Assembly (NCBI RefSeq): GCF_006345805.1
Contig: NC_043011.1
Span: forward strand, 39,382,464-39,446,463
DNA length: 64,000 nt
Direction: 5' to 3'
Origin: Octopus sinensis
Lineage: Eukaryota
In this document: positions 51,451 through 64,000 of the stretch, in pieces
How the letters are laid out: every line of letters begins with the position of its first letter
Numbering within the stretch: the stretch's first letter is position 1
Position numbers and translations under genes: made by a program
Notes under the pieces: generated by a model
Database searches by the model: none
What the model saw: only the letters and a program-made list of their open reading frames with translations
What the model was told of the DNA's origin: nothing

Positions 51451-53846
51451 CTAACCCTCACCTGTTTTCAAACAAGGTAATTTTTCCCTACAGCTAGACA
51501 TGTTTTTGTGGAAGACTGGAAATGAATTTCCCTTGCTTGTAAGACAATAATGCTCACTTCCAAGTAAGGTTTCAAATTCTGGCACAAGGATAGTAATTTC
51601 CAAGGAGGGGATAAATTGATTACATCAACCCCAGTTCGCAACTGGTACTTATTCTATTGACCCTGGAAGGATGAAGGACAAAGTGCACCCCAGTGACATT
51701 TGAACCCAGAACATAAAACCAGAAGAAATGTCACTAAACAGTTTACCCAGCATACTACTTATTCTCTTTTCTTTACTGCCCACAAGGGGCTAAACATAGA
51801 GGGGACAAACAAGGTCAAAGGAATTAAGTCGACTTCGGCGGAATTTGAACTCAGAACGTAACGGCAGACGAAATACGGCTAAGCATTTCGCCCGGCGTGC
51901 TAACGTTTCTGCCAGCTCGCCACCCTGAGTAAGATAAATATGGATTTCAAATTTTTAGCACAAAGCCAGCAATTTCAGAGCAGAGAATAAAATGATTGCA
52001 TCCACCCCAGTACTCAACTGGTACTTATTTTATTGATCCTGAAAGGAGAAAAGGCAAAGTCAATCCCAGCAGCATTTGAACCCAGAACGTAAACTTGTAA
52101 GAAATGCCGGTAAGCATTTTACCTGGTACACTAATGATTCTGCCAGTTCGCCACCTTAAATAAGGTAAATATTAACGTATAAAAGCATGTCAACTTAAAG
52201 CAGCAAATTTAACGAGCAGAATAATTACATTTAAGATTAACGAATAGTTAAGCTGTAGTATAAATAGATGTTAATTTATGCCCCATCTCGATACCATATT
52301 TACATATCATATACATAAATATACATATGCCAAATTTATAGGATATTTAAACTAATAATATGAAACTTGGGTTAAATTAAGGGTTATTTAAACTAATTTT
52401 TAAAATTTTTAATTAAATTTTTTATTTCTTAAATCAATCCCTTCTCTTCCCCCCCCTTTCCTTTCTCTCAGCTGCCATATTCTTAAAGCACTTTGGGAGA
52501 ATGGAGTGGGGTTGGAGGTGGATTAAATGTCCCTGTAGAGGAGGTAGCGTAGGTGGAAGTTAAATATAATCATGGAAAATATCTAATTCTGAAAATATCC
52601 TTTAAATACACTGGAATTTTTTAAGAATATTTTAAACTTTTTTTGGTTTTTTTTTTTGGTTTTTTCTGGAAGCTTCATTAAATGTACTGAACATCAAATA
52701 CATAATTTTTTTTTTCTTTTTTATTAACAAAATGAAAATAAATTTGTTGGTAATTAGTGCGTTTGCTGAGTTAAAGTGGTTTTTAATGATGAGACTAACC
52801 AATAACATTACCTGCATCAATCACACCCCACCTTTCGACAGCTCCCATCTTCACCACCTCCATCATTACCATCACCTGCTGTCATCAAAGATAATAATAA
52901 TAATAATCTTTTCTGCTATGGGTACAAGGCCTGAAATTTTGGGGGAAGGGGCAAGTCAATTAGATCGACCCTGGCACTCAACTGGTACTTAATTTATTGA
53001 CCCCCAGAAGGATGAAAGGCAAAGTCGACCTTGGCGGAATTTGAACTTAGAACGTACTGGCAGACAAAATACCTATTTCTTTATTGCCCACAAGGGGCTA
53101 AACACAGAGAGGACAAACAAGGACAGACAAACGGATTAAGTCAATTAGATCGACCCCAGTGCGTAACTGGTACTTATTTAATCGACCCCGAAAGGATGAA
53201 AGGCAAAGTCGACCTCAGCAGAATTTGAACTCAGGACGTAGTGGCAGACTGAATACCACTAAGCATTTCACCCAACGTGCTAACCATTCTGCCAGCTTGC
53301 CACCTTAATAATAATAATAATAATGGTGAAGACAATTACAGTTTGTTTGTCAAGAGAGTTCAAACTCCTGAAGAACTTAAATATTTTGGTTGTGAAAAAG
53401 AGAAAAACACGAGGAGAAAAAAAAAAGGAAAAAATCAAGCAATTAAGTGGAAAAAATAAAAAAATTAAAACAGGGAAATTTTTCCTTTCCTCATTGACAT
53501 ACATCAGATAAAATGTTACAAGACTCGTGACATGGAATTGGTGCAAGTGTGAGGACACAAAAGAAATGATTTTTTTTTTTTTTTTGTAATTTGAGAAAAA
53601 AACGCCCCTTTTTTTAACAGTGCCATATTTGGAAATAGTTAAAAATTAATTTAGAATATATCCTAAGAAATATTTGGGTGTGTGTGTGTACATAGTGGTG
53701 GTGGAAGAAAGTGAGTGTAGACGGGTTTCCAATATGGAGAATTTCAATGAAGGGACAAATATGTAAAAACTGCCCCCACTATATAATATAAATTATACAC
53801 ACACACACACACTTATAAGTATATATATAGATATACATATACATGC

Positions 53847-53877
<31 letters not shown>

Positions 53878-53972
53878 CATCATCATCATCATCGTTTAAC
53901 GTCATATATATATATATATATGCATGTATATGTTTGTGTGTATATATGATTATATGTTTACATATACGCATA

Positions 53973-54005
<33 letters not shown>

Positions 54006-55793
54006 TGTTTCAGTCATTTGACTGTGGCCATGCTGGAGCACCACCTTGGAGGGTTTTAATCATACAGTATATATACACACACATACATATATATATATAT
54101 GTGTGTGTGTAAGTATTATTTATTTATTCTGTTTTTCTACGCATGTGTACATGTGTAGAACATTTCTGGAATTATAAATATAAACAAACAAAAACTTTAA
54201 AAAAAAAACAATCATGCCCACTCTCTAATTAAATTTTAATTACCCACGGAAATTTGTTCTACTCCTTTATAGTTTCAATTGCCACTAATTAGTAACAATT
54301 TTAATTCCTCTTTCAATAGGGGCTAATTCCAATACCTTTCATACATTTCTTTTAAGTCTTTTAATTTTTCTTTTAATTATTTCGCAAAGTTAGGAAAATT
54401 TGCAAAACCGGAATCTATAACAACTGAAGCCAGAACAATGTCTGTCACAGCAAGCCAGGTGTAGCTTGTACAAAGGCGCCACCGAATTATATTTAGAACA
54501 GTTGCGTTTTGTAACAAAACGCATGTGTGTATGACTCTTAACATTAATCAATGGGAGATATTTATGTGGGAGCAAAAGAAGTGAGGGGTGATGATGGTAG
54601 TTTGGGGTTATGTCCCTGTTTCTCCATTCAGCGACTTTAGTTTTTCTCTTCCAGTCAGCAGCTGAGTGTATCAGTCCAAATATAGAATTGAAAATCTGGT
54701 GGATTTTTTCCAATAGTCTTAATCGTCAGCATTTAGGTTATTTCACCAATTGAACTCCTGCTTATGACAGAAGCAGCATTAATACTTAGAGGTGATGTCA
54801 CTGCTATTTCTAGTAGTTGAGTGTCTATCATTGACGAGACCAAGGAATGTTGAAATCACGTGATATATATGAATGACAGAGGTGGTTTTAACTTATAAGT
54901 GCCTAAATTTTTTTATTTGATTTGTTATGGAATCTCAAAGCTACAAGATAATACATGATTAATTCAAACGACTGTGAATAAAGATTAACATTTGACAGAC
55001 TAATCTGAATGCTAAAAGGTTAAAGTTATCCCAAAATAAAATCTCCCAACCATGCATATTGCGGTGCTTAAGCACATTGACCAACATGTAGGCTTTTCTG
55101 CTCTTTGCTCTACTTTCACTTTCCTCTTGTATATAACTGTCATTTCTAGTCATCACTTTTCAACACTGAAACCACACTTGGTAGGCATGTAGGCACTTTT
55201 TTCAAAGTGCAGTGTTATGGGTTCAAATCTGTAATTAAAACACCCTTGTCAGCTATTTACTAATATTTAATTGTTGTTTGTGGGCATGGCTTTTTGGTTA
55301 AGAAGCTTGCTTTGCAACCAGGTGGCTTCAGGTTCAACCCCACTGCGTGGCAACTTGGGCAAGTTACTTCTACTATAGCTCCAGGCTGACCAAAGCCTTG
55401 TGAGTGAATTTGGTAGATGGAAACTATGTGGAAGCTCATCATATATATATATATATATATATGGGTAAAGGGCCCCCTTTAGTCATGAATGACCATGGGA
55501 TTGCACCTAGAAACTTACCCTCACATGCACAAGTCCAGGCTAACCTGTTTTATGGAATACCAGCAGTTGCCCATGCATACCAGCCTCTTCTCTCCATGCC
55601 ACCAATGTTATCCAAGAGAAAAGCAAAGACCAATACAGCACAGCACCAGCGATATGGCAGCTCATTTCTATAGATGAATGAACTAGCACAACGGGAAATA
55701 AAGTTTCTTGCTCAAGAACACAACACAGCCTGGTCTAGGAATCAAACTCACTACCTCATGACAGTGAGTCTGGTGCACTGAGCCATACGTTTT

Positions 55794-55828
<35 letters not shown>

Positions 55829-55832
<4 letters not shown>

Positions 55833-55984
55833 TTTTCTCTCCTTGTTTTTTTCTGTGTCTCTTTCTGTAGAAGAGCGTAGGCTCGAAACGTAAAAGACTT
55901 TTTCTATTCCTGAGCATTGTACTAATACATTTGTTTGTTTTGTACACCACCTATCTTCATCTTTTGTTTTTTTTCGTAAACTCT

Positions 55985-55988
<4 letters not shown>
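55829..55988 (+). mobile_element. Family 2 hammerhead-like repeat, copy 4
   Basis: TCTTT-CTGTAGA-A-GAGC-GTAG-GCTC-GAAAC-GTA-AAAGA at about 55860-55897; (TA)n flanks. Confidence 0.6.
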
Positions 55989-56018
<30 letters not shown>

Positions 56019-56280
56019 CGCCGCCTTGGCTAGCTTCCGTGCCGGTGGCACGTTAAAAGCACCAACCAATCGTGGCCGATGCCAGACCCCCCTGGCACCT
56101 GTGCACGTAAAAAGCACCCACTACACTCGCGGAGTGGTTGGCGTTAGGAAGGGCATCCAGCTGTAGAAACACTGCCAGATCAGACTGGAGCCTGGTGCAG
56201 CCCTGGCTTCCCAGACCCCGGTCGAACCGTCCAACCCGTGCTAGCGCGGAAAACAGACGTTAAACGATGATGATGATGAT
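56019..56280 (+). mobile_element. RTE-tail-like short interspersed repeat (family C)
   Basis: GTTGGCGTTAGGAAGGGCATCCAGCTGTAGAAAC...GACGTTAAAC(GAT)n. Other copies at about 40165-40405, 16537-16810(-), 27660-27960(-) and 63826-63985(-). Confidence 0.7.
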
Positions 56281-57009
56281 ATGTATTTCATCATATATGT
56301 GTGTCTTTATCCTCTATCACTGCTTGACAACTGGTGTTGGTTTGTTTATGTCCCCATAACTTAGCAGTTCAGCAAAAGAGACCAATAGAATAAGTACCAA
56401 ACAACAAGAAAATAAGTACTGGGGTTGATTCGTTGGACTAGTCCTTTCAAGGCAGTGCCCCAGTATGGCCACGGTTCGATGACCAAAGCAAGTAGAAGAT
56501 AAAAAATAACGAAATAACAACATCCAGGTCCATTGAATTTTATTTTATTCTTCTTGTAATTCTTCCTTTTATTTCATACCCCTCCCCCTATCTTGCCACT
56601 GTTTGCATATGTATATATGTACTCAACTGCGGCTCTTTTGCATTGAATCTCTTCTATAAAGTTATGTAAGACATCCATGTACAAAAGGTTTTCTCTGTTC
56701 TGAAATCAATGTCTTGCTTCACGTTCCCCTCAAGCTGTCATTTGTGTGCTGCAGACAGAAAGACAGAAGATGTTGTCTTTTGTTCCGCTCTTGGTATTAA
56801 ATCATATCTCCAGGGCGGAAAAAAAAAAGATGACAAAATAGAAGAGACCATCTAACTTCATTGAATGTACATATGTACTACAGCTTCATTCATTAATTAT
56901 GAAAGTGGGTCTGTGTGTGTGTGTGTGTGTACATACATACACATGTAAGCATCTTTACATGTATGTGCATACATAAGTATACATTTGTACATATGTGTAT
57001 ATATATATA

Positions 57010-57410
57010 TGTATGTATGTATGTATATTCTATGTATGAATATATATGTATGTATGTATGTATATATGTATGTATGTATGTATATTCTATGTATGAATAT
57101 ATATGTATGTATGTATGTATGTATATTCTATGTATGAATACATATGTATATGTTTGTATATATGTATGTATGTATGTATATTCTATGTATGAATATATAT
57201 GTATGTATGTATGTATATTCTATGTATGAATACATATGTATATGTTTGTATATATGTATGTATGTATGTATATTCTATGTATGAATATATATGTATGTAT
57301 GTATGTATATTCTATGTATGAATACATATGTATATGTTTGTATATATGTATGTATGTATGTATATTCTATGTATGAATACATATGTATATGTTTGTATAT
57401 ATGTGCATGT
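57010..57410. repeat. Minisatellite built from (GTAT)n plus ATTCTATGTATGAATA units
   Basis: A shorter and a longer unit variant recur; the longer one adds CATATGTATATGTTTGTA. Confidence 0.85.
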
Positions 57411-58518
57411 TGTGTGTATGTATGTTTATTTCTTTCAATAAATATGCTCATTTAAATATTATATAAATATAGGTTTATATGTATGTGTATATGTGTATGT
57501 CTGTGTAAACACATATTTAGGTGTATATGCATACACATACAGCCTCAAGTAAAACGTGATAAATAAAATGATTCTTTTTCTCCCCACTTTTTTTTATATA
57601 CCTTAATAAGAAGAAAGGTACATCAAAAATATATTAGTGTAATTGCTCTCAATAAAACTCTCAAAAACTCTCAGGATTCCACTCAATGAATGAAACTCTT
57701 TTACCTTCTTATGTATACCAGTTCTCTTTCTAATACCTATAAATCACCTTCTTTTAAGTCCATGTTACCTCACAGACGCATTCTGTACATAATTCACAAC
57801 AAATGTTCACCTGTCGTTTATAATTGTCCACATCGTCACCACCATTGCCATTATCATAGGTTTTAAGCTCGTTAGTTTCAGTTTGACTGATGAGCATCTA
57901 ATCAGTATCACCTGTCGCTCTCTATCTATCTGTCTATACATATATGTATATAAGAGGGATGACCTCTTATATATATATATGTAATATAATTTTCTGAACC
58001 TTCTGATTTTAATATGCTAGACCACTGGTTTTAAATTGATATTAATCAACTTAATATTCAATTTTCCACCCTCATTTTAAATTATATATATGTGTATATA
58101 TATATAGGCACAGGAGTGGCTGTGTGGTAAGTAGCTTGTTTACCAACCACATGGTTCTGGGTTCAGTCCCACTGCGTGGCACCTTGCGCAAGTGTTTTCT
58201 ACTATAGCCTCAGGCCGACCAAAGCCTTGTGAGTGGATTTGGTAGACGGAAACTGAAAGAAGCCCGTCGTATATATGTGTATATGTATGCGTGTGTGTGT
58301 TTGTGTGTCTGTGTTTGTCCCCCTAGCATTGCTTGACAACCGATGCTGGTGTGTTTATGTCCCCGTTACTTAGCGGTTCGGCAAAAAGACCGATAGAATA
58401 AGTACTGGGGTCGAGTTGCTCGATTAAAGGCGGTGCTCCAGCATGGCCGCAGTCAAATGACTGAAACAAATAAAAGAGTAAAATAAAAAGAGAGTAAAGA
58501 GTATATATATATATATAC

Positions 58519-58996
58519 ACACATGGTCTGATCAATAAGTATCTGGACTGTTGTCATAGTAACGAGCTAAAGCATGCAGAGTGAATCTGCTCGGCACCGA
58601 TTGACCTTGAACTCTGCTGTGCATGAGCACAAAATTTTAACATTCTAGCTCACTTCCGCTGTTTACAGCAGTGCTTGGAAGGAAGGTGTGTAGCGTGTGA
58701 TTGTCGCATTGACCATGATAGAGAAAGTTGAGCAGAGAATTTGCATTAAATTTTGCCAAAAGCTTGATGGTATCTGCTCAGAGGCCTATGCTAAGTTTTC
58801 AAAAAGTTTTCATCGTTCTCTCTACAATCAAGGAGATCTTGTGCAACTGAAACCCGAGTGTCTTTTTGGTCAGCTGGAAGCAGTTTTGACACAAACTTGG
58901 TAGACACGCGTCTCATACCCAAGTCGTCAGTGATAATGGACTGAACTGAACTGTAACTAATCTGCACATCCTCTGATAACTCACAGATGGTGATTC
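58519..58996. mobile_element. Rearranged mariner fragment (5' end on +, internal transposase segment inverted)
   Basis: Plus strand: TIR-like GGTCTGATCAATAAGTATCTGGACT and MIEKVEQRICIKFCQKL. Minus strand: ITICELSEDVQISYSSVQSIITDDLGMRRVSTKFVSKLL...DENFLKT. Confidence 0.8.
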
Positions 58997-60658
58997 TATT
59001 TGGTAGACGGAAACTGAAAGAAGCCTGTCTCATGTATGTGTATATATGTGTGTGTGTCAGTGTTCGTCCCCCCAACATTGCTTGACAACCGATGCTGTTG
59101 TGTATAAGTCCCCGTAACTTAGCAGTTCGGCAAAAGAAAGCGATGGAATAAGTTCTAGGCTTACAAAGAATAAGTCCTGAGGTCGATTTGCTCGACTAAA
59201 GGTGGTGCTCCAGTCAAATGACGGAAACAAGTAAAAGAGTAAGAATAAAGAGAGAGAATTTTGGTAATTTGATATAAACACCAAGAAATTTGGTAAAAGT
59301 GAAGCCATAATTATTGCATGTATGCCACATGCCCAGGGTGGCAAAATTTTAATTCCAAACTATATCATCATAACAGGTGACACTCTGAGAGTAGGGAATC
59401 GAAAGGTTCTTGTAATTTCATTGTGTTGGTGTTAATATTTAAATAACTTGGCATATAAGATGTGGAAGGATTAAATTAAGACGGCTGTCCTTCACTAAAC
59501 CGTTCTCTAAAACCAGGGCTTTGGCTGTCAGTTGCAGGCTACAGAATGTATCTTTTATAATCTGTTTTCAAGATATCACATGTGGATATGTGTGTGTATG
59601 TATATATATTGTATGTATGAATGCATGGGTATATAATGTATATGTATATATATATATGTGTGTGTGTGTATGTATCTATATTTGTGTGTGTGTGTGTATG
59701 TATCTATATTTGTGTATGTGTATGTATCTATATTTGTGTATGTGTGTATATATGTATATATCTGTATTTGTGTGTGTTTATGTGCATGTATATATATATA
59801 TACACACATGCATATAAATGAATGTGTATATGTAAATATATGTATGTGTGTATGTATATATATATAAAAATATATGTATAACTATATGTATAAATATATT
59901 CATATATATGTATATGGTGTATAAAACAATAAAAATGTGGACATATTGGAAGTATATAATATACATGCATATATGTATATATATTAAACCATATGACTTT
60001 CATAAGTTTACAGCTGTTTCACAGCCTTCTTCATGTATTAATTTTAGAATGGAAGAGATTATGCATACATGTTTGCATTAATATGTATGCTCAAGATTAT
60101 ACAATTGTATACTGACTATGTATGTATATATAATGTATGTGTGTGTGTATATATATATGTGAATTCATATATATGAGCACAGGCCTGGCCATATGGTTAA
60201 GATGTTTGTAGTTCTGCGTTCAGTTTATCTGCACGGCACATTGGACAATTGCCTTCTACTGTAGCCCTGGGTTGATGAAAGCCTTATATGTGGATTTGGT
60301 TGGAGGAAACTGAAAGAAGCTCATTGTATGTAGTTGTGTCTCCTTGACTTGTCATGTAACCACTGTAAATATATGTCATCCTTTGATGACAGTGTTATGA
60401 AATTTTCAATATCTGACGCGTAAAGCTTATCCTGCCATTGGGGGAATATTACTTAGTTTGGATACAATGAGAGTTGGCAACAAGAATGGTATCCAGCCTT
60501 AGAAATTCTACCGGAAGGAAGTCAGTATCATTTCTGTAACTGGAAAAGTGACCCTTATCATGATAATGACCATGCATATGTGTAAGTAAATATATATATA
60601 TGCATATTTTGTATTTGGATTTGGTTTGCAAGATTCTTTACGCGAGTTCATGTGTTGA

Positions 60659-60941
60659 AGCATACTCTGTTGTGTCTAGGGAGAGTCATTCTCTTTTGGT
60701 GCCTTATAATTTAACACACTCACCGGTAAAATTTCCACTTATTTCTTTTTTATTTTTCTAAAATTTTCGTTGCATCTTGCAACCTTTCCAGTAGAGTCAA
60801 CAACTATTGAAAAGGTTGCAAGACGCAACGAAACTTTTAGGAAAATAAAACAGCAATAAGTGGAAATTTTACCGGTGAGTGTGTTAAATTATTTGGCACC
60901 AAAAGAGAATGACTCTTCCCAGACACAACAGAATGTATGCT
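60659..60941. repeat. Long foldback (palindromic MITE-like) element
   Basis: Arms of about 130 nt, e.g. GAGTCATTCTCTTTTGGTGCC / GGCACCAAAAGAGAATGACTC and ATAATTTAACACACTCACCGGTAAAATTTCCACTTATT / AATAAGTGGAAATTTTACCGGTGAGTGTGTTAAATTAT. Confidence 0.9.
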
Positions 60942-62134
60942 ATTATACAAGACATATAGTGATACATATTGCTCTCTCTCTTTCTCCATCTATATATGCA
61001 AACAAATACATTCACACATACACAGGGTGTTCATAAATTATCTTTACAACTTGAATGTATTGTATCTGTTAAAAGTCGAGCTGTGTGGGAGACCTCCATG
61101 TCAAAGAATTAGCCTGACATTTACTCTGCTTGTTGTAAAAGGCATTTGAAACAGGTTGAGGTAGGATTTGCATTCTGACCACGTAAAACTCACCAGCAAT
61201 GACCACTAAGCATAGCTAGATGGGGCAGTACTTTTAAAGGGGCATCACTTTTGGGTCTACTGTAGGCAGTATGTTTTTTTTTTCTAGGGAAGAGTTACCC
61301 CAGACAAATGGAAGGGCCGTCCTGGACAGCACACACTCTAACTACACTAGTGGTAATGAATACCTGAACAGACTCATTAGTTGGAAGTTTGTCATGCTGC
61401 AAAGGTGTCATCTGTCAGGAGTAAGGAATCATCAACAAATGATGGATTCAGTGATATGCTGTAACAGCATATGCCCCCTCACTGTTACTAATAATAATGA
61501 TAATAATGGACTCTCCCATCGAAGACAATGTATGAACAATAAGCTTTTGCTAAACGACTTGCTCGAATTATTTGCTTATAGTGATCGAACGTTTGTGCTG
61601 CACATTAGGTCACTCTCTCCATCAAATTGGCATTGTCTGAACAGGTGCACAAGTGCACCACACTGGTGTAATTTATTTATAGAGCAATGCGAGATGAAGT
61701 GTTTTGTTCAAAAACACAATGCACCACCCAGACTGGGAATTGAAACCACAATATCGCGATTGTGAGTGCAATTCCCTAACCACCAGGCTATGTGCTCTCA
61801 CAACAACAATAATAATACTTTTATTGGCTACAAGGGCCAAACACAAAACAAATAGGAACAATACAAGGGACAAGGGTGTTGAACAATGCAAAAAAAAATA
61901 ATAATAATAAAGTTAAATCGATCGATTACCAATGGAGCCCACATTGAAGTGTTCTGATGTCTCAAAACTCAATTTGTTTTCCTATGTTTCCCAATAATGC
62001 TGTTGAGTTATCCTTAGATTTCTTTTTTCCCTTTTTTTTTTTTTTTTTCATGTGTAAAGATAATTTATGGACACCCTGTATTTCACCAAACGTGCATTGT
62101 TCAAAACTCTGTGATTCTTTGTTTTCTTTTTCAG

Positions 62135-62228
62135 GTTATGAAAATCCGAGAAACTCTACAGCAATTAAAACGCCCACAGGGACTGTATCCTATCTACCTT
62201 AATCCCAGAACAGGAAAATGGGGGCAGC
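62135..62228 (+). CDS. MAN1A: Internal exon (94 nt, phase 0 to 1) of GH47 Golgi alpha-1,2-mannosidase
   Basis: Acceptor ttttctttttcag, donor gtgagt. Translates VMKIRETLQQLKRPQGLYPIYLNPRTGKWGQ, matching MAN1A VMNIR..L.K..RP.GLYPNYLNPRTG.WGQ. In frame with the previous exon. Confidence 0.95.
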
Positions 62229-63018
62229 GTGAGTACATCTTTTCCTCCTCTTTTTCTTACTGCTTCATGTACTGTTTACACTATCCCCACACATGATGGC
62301 AGCAACTCAAGTTTCAAGCAATGCCATCATTTCATGGTTCCCTTAACCTTTTTTATTATTTAAACCAGGAAATCCATCTGTTTTATGTTCAAACCAGCCA
62401 GATCTGGCCTCTCACGCCTACCCTACAGTGTCATCCAAAAGATATACAATCACATCATTAAAGTATTGAAGTAGCATGAATGTGGCTTTACATTCCTGCT
62501 ATGGAACTACACCCTTTTGTACAAGTGTAACAATGATGGGCACTTCTTACAGTAGGTGTTAGTTTACTGCCCATGGTTACACAAGCCTTCATTCTGTCAT
62601 GAAATTTTTGAGTGTTTTGCCTTTTTTGGCCACAGCCAAAGACACTATGTGACACATAACAGATGTTAAAAATCAAGTGTTCTCTATGCTTGAGGCTTTT
62701 TTTAAAGTGAAGAAAAACTTTGTACAGAGCCAATTCCACTATGTTAATGATGTATGCATTCGCCTGAAAAGAACCAGTCTACATTATTGGATGCAAAAAA
62801 ATGTTGCAGGTGTAACATTATTAGTTTTCCTCCTAGAGAGATGTCTAAACAAAGATTTGGTGTCTCTCTCTCTCTTGTTCCCAGCTGTTGGATGGATGTT
62901 AACTCTACTTGTCCAACAACAAGTTTTGTTTTTGCCCTGCAGGGTGCGGACAGCCTTATCATATGACTAATTGTACTGGATTACATTACCTATAGCTCTG
63001 AGAGTGACCTGACTTAAT

Positions 63019-63049
<31 letters not shown>

Positions 63050-63576
63050 TGTATGTAACAAGCTGGATATTGTTGTTTGGGTCAGACAAGAAAAAGTATG
63101 TACTTTTGTAGAAGTACAGGCTTAAACCTCCAGCTATTATACCCAGATTATAAACTCTCGTTTATTCTAATTATATATAATTGGTGTGTTTGGTTTTGTT
63201 AGTAAGTGCTTAAGTGATAAGGATTTTCTGATGTAGAAATCAACCAGCTAACTCGCACGTCACAATTACAATTTGTAAGCAGAACTGTAAAAATATGCAA
63301 GACTTTTATAAAGTTTAACATGTTATATTGCTTTTCTTATCTACATTCCAACAACAGAGTTTTGTATCATTGTTAGAAACCAGCTCCTTTATAATTGTTA
63401 TATAGTTGAATATTTTCCAAATGTGTATTGGCACTTCATCAGGTGAAATACAATTCTTGCTGGATTTTTCTGAATACTCTTGGGTATATGATGTACGTTT
63501 CTTTCAACCAATCAAATTATCAGATTCTGAGGGAATTTTATATATCTATATATCTATCTATATATATATATATATA

Positions 63577-63626
<50 letters not shown>

Positions 63627-64000
63627 GGGTAATAAGAATTATAGAAATAATTATTACCAGTGGCCTAGCACAAAAAAAATAGTCAATAGACTATATATTA
63701 TTCACATAAAAATATTGTGTACATTAGAACACATTAAAAGGCTTCCAAATAGAAAAGCCTTGTACTAGAAAGAGCAGTAGAAAACTCACACCACTAATTA
63801 TGGATAAATTCTCGAAAGAACTGAAAATTATCATCAACATTCTTTAATGTCTGCCTTCCATGCTGGCATGGGTTGGGTGGTTTGACAGAAGCTGTCAAGG
63901 CAGATGACTGCACAAGGCTTTTGTGTCTGTTTTGGCTCAGTTTTTACAGCTGGATGCCCTTCCTAACACCAACTACCCAGCAGAAATATCTATCTATATA

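Noticed and set aside
52170-52440. Very AT-rich segment reminiscent of mitochondrial DNA (possible NUMT)
   Set aside because: No identifiable mitochondrial gene or tRNA fold by eye; needs BLAST against the mitogenome.
54503-54523. 9-bp hairpin TGCGTTTTG-TAA-CAAAACGCA
   Set aside because: Short, isolated and expected by chance in 64 kb of AT-rich DNA.

Overview
Eukaryotic, AT-rich, microsatellite- and repeat-dense animal DNA. The SINE, LINE and MITE families look like those of octopus (coleoid cephalopod); this assignment is from recognition, not a search. The window lies inside one + strand gene, a Golgi mannosyl-oligosaccharide alpha-1,2-mannosidase (GH47, MAN1A type). Three short internal coding exons are visible (37211-37305, 49731-49854, 62135-62228), separated by ~12 kb introns and preceded by an intron that appears to exceed 37 kb. 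Nearly all ORFs in the supplied track are microsatellite or repeat artefacts. The introns hold tRNA-derived SINEs, CR1, RTE and R4/Dong LINE fragments, mariner relics, TTAA (piggyBac-type) MITEs, non-autonomous Helitrons, a tRNA-Arg pseudogene and a dispersed 28S rRNA fragment. The most notable signal is hammerhead-ribozyme-bearing DNA embedded in (TA)n arrays. One element is a highly structured 355-bp unit with a 78-bp terminal redundancy and a type I hammerhead with canonical core (1175-1607, minus strand), resembling a non-LTR retrozyme. A second ~160-200 bp family has four copies plus one partial and carries a minimal hammerhead-like fold with a fixed non-canonical A6-to-U change. Ribozyme activity is inferred from by-eye folding only.
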